Made by a program: the position numbers and the translations under genes. Below, in pieces: positions 57,985 through 64,000 of a stretch of DNA of 64,000 nt (positions are counted from its first letter, which is position 1; every line of letters starts with the position of its first letter). Source of the stretch: Candidatus Falkowbacteria bacterium. Lineage in GTDB: Bacteria; Patescibacteriota; Patescibacteriia; JAACEG01. The stretch lies in contig JABIDK010000014.1 of assembly GCA_018651725.1 (NCBI GenBank), positions 70,625-134,624 of the forward strand. Reading direction: 5' to 3'. The notes below the pieces were generated by a model that saw only the letters and a list, made by a program, of their open reading frames with translations, was not told the origin of the DNA and searched no databases.

Positions 57985-58395
57985 ATGTTAGCACCTAAGA
58001 AAACAAAATATAGAAAAGCCTTTAAAGGAAGAAGACGCGGAAGAGATTTGGCTACTGCCGGGACAGAGGTGTCTTTTGGTGAGTATGGGTTAAAAGCTCA
58101 ATCAGCAAGTTGGATTACTTCTCGCCAAATTGAATCAGCCAGAAGAACAATGACTAATTTTCTTAAGCGTAAGGGAAAAATGTGGATAAGAATTTTCCCC
58201 GATAAACCGGTAACAGCTAAAAGTGCTGAGGTCCCGATGGGTTCAGGAAAAGGAGCGGTTGATCATTATGTGGCGATTGTAAAGAGTGGAATGATTTTAT
58301 TTGAAATGTCAGGGATAGAAGAAAGTGAAGCCAGAAAAGCAATGAAACTCGCAGAATATAAATTACCGGTTAAATGTAAATTTATTGTTAAATAA
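57985..58395 (+). CDS. rplP: 50S ribosomal protein L16
   Basis: RIFPDKP, MGSGKG, KLP. Confidence 0.98.
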   Translation: MLAPKKTKYRKAFKGRRRGRDLATAGTEVSFGEYGLKAQSASWITSRQIESARRTMTNFLKRKGKMWIRIFPDKPVTAKSAEVPMGSGKGAVDHYVAIVKSGMILFEMSGIEESEARKAMKLAEYKLPVKCKFIVK

Positions 58396-58410
58396 ACAAA
58401 ATAGTATTAT

Positions 58411-58593
58411 ATGGATATCAAAGAAATAAAAAATAAATCAAAAAAATCATTAGATATATTATTGGCTGATAAAAGGGAGAAATTACGAGAAATGCGTTTT
58501 AAGGTTAGTAATCGTCAGCTTAAAGATGTAAAAAGTATTGATAAAATGAAAAAAGATATTGCTCGAATTTTAACTGTGAAAAATAACATATAA
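58411..58593 (+). CDS. rpmC: 50S ribosomal protein L29
   Basis: KKDIARILT; operon position. Confidence 0.92.
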   Translation: MDIKEIKNKSKKSLDILLADKREKLREMRFKVSNRQLKDVKSIDKMKKDIARILTVKNNI

Positions 58594-58599
58594 ATATAT

Positions 58600-58845
58600 A
58601 TGGAAAATAAAAAAACAATCAAAAGAACGTTTAGCGGTGTAGTAACTTCAGATAAAATGGATAAAACCATTGTAGTTAAAATTGATAGGGTTAAAGTACA
58701 TCCTAAATATAAAAAAAGATATACAGTAAGTAAAAGTTATAAAGTGCATGATGAAAAAAATAAGTTTAAAACAGGAAGTAAAGTAACTTTTACAGAATGT
58801 CGACCATTAAGCAAAGATAAAAGATGGAGAGTAATTTATAATTAA
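58600..58845 (+). CDS. rpsQ: 30S ribosomal protein S17
   Basis: KMDKTIVV, HPKYKK, RPLSK.KRW. Confidence 0.97.
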   Translation: MENKKTIKRTFSGVVTSDKMDKTIVVKIDRVKVHPKYKKRYTVSKSYKVHDEKNKFKTGSKVTFTECRPLSKDKRWRVIYN

Positions 58846-58851
58846 TTTTTT

Positions 58852-59223
58852 ATGATTCAACACAGAACAATGCTAAAATCAGCTGATAACAGTGGAGCCA
58901 AAAAGCTCCAGTGTATTGGTTTGCCTGGAGGAACAGGAATTAGGTATGGAAGAATTGGCAGTATTGTAAAAGTTTCTGTAAAAGAAGCTCAGCCACACAG
59001 CTCTGTAAAAAAAGGTGAAGTATTAGATGCTGTGCTTGTAAGAAGCAGAAAAGAAACCAGAAGAAAAGACGGCACTTATATTCGTTTTGATGAAAACGCT
59101 GTTGTAATAGTTGATAAAAAAAATAAAGAACCAAAAGCAACGCGTATTTTTGGTCCGGTTGCTAGAGAATTAAGAGATATGGGATTTACAAAAATTGTTT
59201 CCCTAGCTCCCGAGGTACTGTAA
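58852..59223 (+). CDS. rplN: 50S ribosomal protein L14
   Basis: [24 protein letters not shown]. Confidence 0.98.
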   Translation: MIQHRTMLKSADNSGAKKLQCIGLPGGTGIRYGRIGSIVKVSVKEAQPHSSVKKGEVLDAVLVRSRKETRRKDGTYIRFDENAVVIVDKKNKEPKATRIFGPVARELRDMGFTKIVSLAPEVL

Positions 59224-59239
59224 AACAAATAATTATTAT

Positions 59240-59548
59240 ATGAAAATCAAAAAAGGAGACAAGGTAAAAATAATCAATGGAAAAGATCGCGGTAAAAGCG
59301 GTAAAGTTTTGAAAGTGTCCAAAACAGCAGGAAAGATTTCCGTAGAAGGGTTGAATCTAAGAGTTAAGCATATGCGCCCTAAAAAGCAAGGAGAAAAAGG
59401 ACAAAGAATTCAATTTCCAGCCGGAATAGATGTTTCAAATGTAAAATTAGTTTGTCCGAAGTGCAGTAAAGATGCTCGTATTGCTTATAAAGTATTAGAA
59501 GATAAAAATAAAGTAAGAATTTGCAAAAAATGCAAGGAGATAATATAA
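59240..59548 (+). CDS. rplX: 50S ribosomal protein L24
   Basis: KKGDKV..GKDRGK; contains CPKC/CKKC. Confidence 0.96.
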   Translation: MKIKKGDKVKIINGKDRGKSGKVLKVSKTAGKISVEGLNLRVKHMRPKKQGEKGQRIQFPAGIDVSNVKLVCPKCSKDARIAYKVLEDKNKVRICKKCKEII

Positions 59549-59555
59549 AAAAAGT

Positions 59556-60095
59556 ATGACTTTTAAAGAAAACTACAATAAAGAAATAATACCAGCTATA
59601 AAGAAAGAGTTTGGTTACAAAAATGATTTAGAAGCGCCAAAGCTAGAAAAAGTTACTATTAATGTTGGTCTTGGTAGTGATATTAATGATTCAAATTTTG
59701 TTAAACTGGTTGAAAAAACACTAACAACAATTGCCGGGCAAAAACCAATTAGAAATAAAGCAAGAAAATCCATTGCCGGATTTAAAATTAGAGAAGGAAT
59801 GACAGTCGGAGTATCTGTTACTTTAAGGAATAAAAAAATGTATGATTTTGTTGATAAATTAATAAATATTTCTTTACCGCGTGTCCGTGATTTTAGAGGA
59901 ATTTCTTTAAAAAGCGTTGATGAAAATGGAAATTTAAGTATTGGTATTAAGGAGTATATAATATTTCCGGAAATTCATATGGATGATGTTGAAAAAATAC
60001 ACGGCCTTCAGATGGTAATCACGACAACCGCAAAGACAAAAAAAGAAGGAACAGCATTATTTAAATTACTGGGAGTTCCATTCAAGAAAAAATAA
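59556..60095 (+). CDS. rplE: 50S ribosomal protein L5
   Basis: IAGQKP, FKIREG, LPRVRDFRG. Confidence 0.98.
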   Translation: MTFKENYNKEIIPAIKKEFGYKNDLEAPKLEKVTINVGLGSDINDSNFVKLVEKTLTTIAGQKPIRNKARKSIAGFKIREGMTVGVSVTLRNKKMYDFVDKLINISLPRVRDFRGISLKSVDENGNLSIGIKEYIIFPEIHMDDVEKIHGLQMVITTTAKTKKEGTALFKLLGVPFKKK

Positions 60096-60104
60096 AATAT
60101 TTTT

Positions 60105-60290
60105 ATGGCTACAAAAGCACAGATAGTAAAATCAAATAAAAAACCGAAATTTTCCACTCGAAAAGTTAACAGATGTTGGAAGTGTGGACGTAATAGAAGT
60201 TATATGAGAAAGTTTGAGCTTTGTCGGATTTGTTTTAGGGAGCTGGCAAGAGACGGAGAAATTACCGGAATAAAAAAATCAAGTTGGTAG
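60105..60290 (+). CDS. rpsN: 30S ribosomal protein S14 (zinc-binding type Z)
   Basis: RCWKCGR...LCRICFRE, KSSW. Confidence 0.96.
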   Translation: MATKAQIVKSNKKPKFSTRKVNRCWKCGRNRSYMRKFELCRICFRELARDGEITGIKKSSW

Positions 60291-60328
60291 ATTTTGTAAA
60301 ATAATTAATAAATAAATTAATAAAAAAT

Positions 60329-60706
60329 ATGACTGATCCAATAGCAGATATGTTAACAAGAATGAGGAATGCTTTGGCCACTAAAAAGGCCAAGGTTGTT
60401 ATTCCTATGTCTAAAATAAAATTGGATATAGCAAAAATTTTAGAGCGTGATGGTTGGATTGAAAAAATGAAAAAAGAAGACGATCAGATTATTGTTAAAC
60501 TTAAATATAATAAAGAGGATCCAGTAATTACTCTTTTGAAGAGAATCAGCAAGCCGGGATGTAGAATCTATGCTAAGAGTAAAGAGATGCCGATAGTTCT
60601 GGATCATTTAGGAATCGCAATTATTTCAACACCCCAAGGTTTAATGACTAACAAAGAAGCAAAAAGAAAAAAAGTGGGAGGAGAAGTTTTGTGTGAAATA
60701 TATTAA
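60329..60706 (+). CDS. rpsH: 30S ribosomal protein S8
   Basis: DPIADMLTR.RN, SKPG.R.Y, GGEV. Confidence 0.98.
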   Translation: MTDPIADMLTRMRNALATKKAKVVIPMSKIKLDIAKILERDGWIEKMKKEDDQIIVKLKYNKEDPVITLLKRISKPGCRIYAKSKEMPIVLDHLGIAIISTPQGLMTNKEAKRKKVGGEVLCEIY

Positions 60707-60720
60707 ATAACCAATTTTTT

Positions 60721-61266
60721 ATGTCTAGAATAGGAAAACAACCAATAACAGTACCGGACGGAGTAGAGATTACAATCTCTGACAAAGTTGTTATTGCTAA
60801 AAATTCAAAAGGAGAATTAACATTAATGCTTAATTCTTATGTTAAAGTTGAGCAAAAAGATAAAGAAATTATCGTAAGTATAAAAGACGAAAACAATAAA
60901 AAGCAAAAAGCTTTTTGGGGTTTAACCAGAACACTTATTTTTAATATGATAGAAGGATTAACAAAAGGATTTGAAAAAACTTTGGAAGTTAATGGGGTTG
61001 GTTATAAAGTTGCGCTTGCTGGGAATAAATTAACTTTAAATGTTGGTTATTCTCAACCGGTTGATTTTGAAATCCCGCAAGGTTTAACAGCAAAAGTAGA
61101 AGGAAATAAAATAACTTTAAGCGGAACAGACAAACAACTGGTTGGACAGACAGCAGCCAAAATAAGAAAAGTAAGAAAACCTGAGCCGTACAAAGGTAAG
61201 GGTATTAAATATATAGACGAAATAATAAGAAGAAAAGCCGGTAAAGCCGCTAAAGCAAGCGAATAA
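60721..61266 (+). CDS. rplF: 50S ribosomal protein L6
   Basis: [15 protein letters not shown]. Confidence 0.98.
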   Translation: MSRIGKQPITVPDGVEITISDKVVIAKNSKGELTLMLNSYVKVEQKDKEIIVSIKDENNKKQKAFWGLTRTLIFNMIEGLTKGFEKTLEVNGVGYKVALAGNKLTLNVGYSQPVDFEIPQGLTAKVEGNKITLSGTDKQLVGQTAAKIRKVRKPEPYKGKGIKYIDEIIRRKAGKAAKASE

Positions 61267-61270
61267 ATAT

Positions 61271-61636
61271 ATGAAAGACAAAAACACAATTAAACAAGAG
61301 ACAAGATTAAGAAGACACGGTAAGGTGCGTTCAAAAATTTTTGGAGATAGCCAGCGTCCTCGTTTGTCTGTTTTTAGAAGCAATAAATATATATTCCTTC
61401 AATTAATAGATGATAAAAACGGAAAAACTTTAGCCAGCGTTAAAGACAGTGAAATTAAAAATATTCAGAAAATAAAAGGGAAAGTAAAAAGAGCGTATGA
61501 AGCAGGAAAGCTATTAGCTGAAAAAGCAAAAAAAGCAGACATTAAAAATGTTGTTTTTGACAGAGGCGGATATAAATATCACGGCAGAGTGAAAGCCGTT
61601 GCTGAAGGAGCTAGAGAAAATGGATTAAAATTTTAA
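61271..61636 (+). CDS. rplR: 50S ribosomal protein L18
   Basis: [22 protein letters not shown]. Confidence 0.98.
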   Translation: MKDKNTIKQETRLRRHGKVRSKIFGDSQRPRLSVFRSNKYIFLQLIDDKNGKTLASVKDSEIKNIQKIKGKVKRAYEAGKLLAEKAKKADIKNVVFDRGGYKYHGRVKAVAEGARENGLKF

Positions 61637-61674
61637 GATTTAGACTTATTATATAATAAGCTATTACTACTATT

Positions 61675-62235
61675 ATGCAGAGAAAAAATAGAAAACAAAA
61701 ATTTAAAAGACAAGAAAAAGAATTTGATCAACAAATTGTTGATTTGGCAAGAGTTACTCGTGTTATGGCAGGAGGTAAACGTTTGCGATTTAGAGCAACT
61801 GTTGTTATTGGTGATAGAAAGAAGAGAGTTGGGATAGGAACCGGTAAGGGAAAAGATGTTAGTTTGGCTATTTCTAAGGCTGTAAAAGTTGCTGAAAAAA
61901 ATATAATGAATACTCCGATAGTAGAAGGAACCATCCCTTGCCAAATAACAGAAAAATTTGGAGCAGCAAAGATTTTGTTAAAATCGGCTAAAGAAGGAAC
62001 CGGTATTATTGCCGGTGGAGCAGTTAGAACAGTGCTTGAGTTAAGCGGATTACAAAATGTAGTTGGAAAAATTTACGGATCAAAAAATAAAATTAATAAC
62101 GTTAAGGCAACTATAAACGCTCTTCAGAAAGTGTCAAAAATGATAGAAAAAAGAGAAGAGATACTTAAAAAAGCAAAAAAACAAAAAGATATTAAAAATA
62201 AAGAAGAAATTAAAAAAGACGAAGAAAAGAAATAA
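61675..62235 (+). CDS. rpsE: 30S ribosomal protein S5
   Basis: RVTRVMAGGKR, GTGIIAGG. Confidence 0.97.
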   Translation: MQRKNRKQKFKRQEKEFDQQIVDLARVTRVMAGGKRLRFRATVVIGDRKKRVGIGTGKGKDVSLAISKAVKVAEKNIMNTPIVEGTIPCQITEKFGAAKILLKSAKEGTGIIAGGAVRTVLELSGLQNVVGKIYGSKNKINNVKATINALQKVSKMIEKREEILKKAKKQKDIKNKEEIKKDEEKK

Positions 62236-62253
62236 TAATGTTAAAATATTTAT

Positions 62254-62709
62254 ATGAAACTCGGTTTACACAATTTACAAACAAAAAAAGGAGCAATTAA
62301 AAAGAAGAAAAGAGTTGGTCGAGGAAATGCTTCTGGACACGGTACTTATAGCACCAGAGGTCTAAAAGGGCAGCGGTCTCGTTCCGGTGGAAAGGGCGGA
62401 CTTAAACGTTTAGGTTTAAAGTCTTTGATTTTGTCTACTCCTAAAAAGAAAGGTTTTAAAAGTGCTAGACCTAAAAATCAAGTTGTTAATTTAAGTGATT
62501 TGAATAATAAATTTAAGGATGGATCATCGATAAACGCTGAATCTTTGCTTAAGGCAAAATTAATCAAGGACGCTAAAGCACCAATAAAAGTTCTTGGAAC
62601 AGGTGAATTAAAGTTGAAAAAAATAGAAATTAATGGTATAAAGATAAGTAATACCGTTAAAGAACAAGTTGAAAAATTAGGCGGAAAAGTTCTATGTTCA
62701 AAAAAATAA
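62254..62709 (+). CDS. rplO: 50S ribosomal protein L15
   Basis: RVGRG..SG.G...RG.KGQ.SRSG. Confidence 0.96.
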   Translation: MKLGLHNLQTKKGAIKKKKRVGRGNASGHGTYSTRGLKGQRSRSGGKGGLKRLGLKSLILSTPKKKGFKSARPKNQVVNLSDLNNKFKDGSSINAESLLKAKLIKDAKAPIKVLGTGELKLKKIEINGIKISNTVKEQVEKLGGKVLCSKK

Positions 62710-63971
62710 TCCAAATTTGGAAAATAAAAGATTTACGAAACAGTATACTGTTTGTTCTTGCCATGCTGGTTATTTTTCGTGTGGCTGCTCAGATTCCGAT
62801 TGCCGGAGTTAATGTTAGTGCTTTAAAAGATTATTTTGATAACAATCAGTTTTTAGGTTTAGTTAATATTTTTACCGGTGGAGGTATGAGTAATTTTTCA
62901 GTTGTGATGCTTGGGATTGGACCTTACATTACCTCTTCAATTATCTTTCAACTTTTAACAATGATTGTGCCACGACTTGAAGAGATGAACAAAGAAGAAG
63001 CCGGAAGAAGAAAAATAAATCAATATACTCGTTTAGCAACCGTGCCTTTAGCCATTCTTCAGGCTTACGGAATGATTACTTTACTTCAAAAAACTTCCAG
63101 TGTTCCGATTATTACCGATTTAACTCTTTTTAAATACTTTACAATGATCGCAACGATTGTCTCCGGAACAATGTTCTTGGTTTGGTTAGGAGAACTTATC
63201 TCTGAAAAGAAAATCGGGAACGGTATTTCCATTATGATTTTTGCCGGTATTGTGTCTAGTATTCCAACAGCAGTTGGACAAAAAATAGCTACATTTGATG
63301 CAACTCAAATTACAACTTTAATTGCTTTCGCCGCTATTGCCGTATTCACTACCGCTTTTATTATCTTTATAAACGAAGGACAAAGAAATGTCCCTGTTTC
63401 TTATGCTAAGCGAGTGCGTGGAATGAAAATGTACGGCGGAATGGATACTCACTTGCCTCTGAAGGTTAATCAAGCCGGAATGATTCCAATTATCTTTGCA
63501 ATTTCCATTATTATGTTTCCGCCAATGGTGGCTCAACTTCTCTCACGATCAAGCAGTGCTTTTATCCAAAGTGCCTCTACTTTTGTGATTGATTTGCTTT
63601 CTCCCGGAACATTTTTCTACGGATTAATTTATTTTGTCTTAGTGGTTGCTTTTACATATTTTTATACTTCAATTATATTTCATCCAAATCAAATCGCAGA
63701 AAACTTACAAAAACAAGGCGCTTTTATCCCTGGAATTCGTCCGGGAAAAATGACCGAAGAATATTTGGCGAACACTGTTCATAGAATAGTATTTACTGGA
63801 GCTCTTTTCTTAGGTTTAGTCGCAATTTTACCTCTTCTTTTACAGTTTATAACTAAAGACCCGTCTTTAAGTATCAGCGGAGCTAGTCTTTTAATTGTGG
63901 TTGGAGTAGTAATTGAATCAATGAAACAAATAGATTCTCAATTAACAATGAGAGATTACGAAGGATTTTAA
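62694..63971 (+). CDS. secY: Preprotein translocase subunit SecY
   Basis: LGIGPYITSSII, GNGISI, PLKVNQAG.IP.IFA, IPGIRPG. Confidence 0.98.
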   Translation: MFKKIIQIWKIKDLRNSILFVLAMLVIFRVAAQIPIAGVNVSALKDYFDNNQFLGLVNIFTGGGMSNFSVVMLGIGPYITSSIIFQLLTMIVPRLEEMNKEEAGRRKINQYTRLATVPLAILQAYGMITLLQKTSSVPIITDLTLFKYFTMIATIVSGTMFLVWLGELISEKKIGNGISIMIFAGIVSSIPTAVGQKIATFDATQITTLIAFAAIAVFTTAFIIFINEGQRNVPVSYAKRVRGMKMYGGMDTHLPLKVNQAGMIPIIFAISIIMFPPMVAQLLSRSSSAFIQSASTFVIDLLSPGTFFYGLIYFVLVVAFTYFYTSIIFHPNQIAENLQKQGAFIPGIRPGKMTEEYLANTVHRIVFTGALFLGLVAILPLLLQFITKDPSLSISGASLLIVVGVVIESMKQIDSQLTMRDYEGF

Positions 63972-64000
63972 AATATAGTTAAAAGTTTGAAAAGTCGAAA

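Noticed and set aside
1-64000. CRISPR array or rRNA genes
   Set aside because: No regularly spaced 25-45-bp repeats and no rRNA-like sequence seen; the 39-bp repeat occurs only twice around a gene.

Overview
AT-rich bacterial chromosome segment, almost entirely + strand coded, most consistent with a Patescibacteria/CPR (Parcubacteria-like) genome. The spc operon lacks rpmD/L30, most genes have no Shine-Dalgarno, ComEC is split and there is a type IV pilus locus. Contents in order: rodA and split comEC; a de novo nucleotide islet (purL, purM, pyrD, pyrC); secE-nusG-rplK-rplA-rpsO-pnp; argS and a Xer-type recombinase; a complete diversity-generating retroelement (DGR); tRNA-Arg, an HNH gene and tRNA-His; rarA; a type IV pilus plus two-component/hemerythrin cluster; thrS; a PP2C gene bracketed by identical 39-bp terminators; then the str, S10 and spc operons through secY. 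The stand-out system is the DGR (22361-26193). It has a 658-aa target whose 136-bp VR differs from the TR at 22 positions, all TR adenines. The TR appears to be a stand-alone transcription unit, and avd is encoded antisense, overlapping the RT head-to-head across a G(AG)11 microsatellite that could switch the system on and off by slippage. All calls are from motif recognition and manual alignment; no database searches were run.
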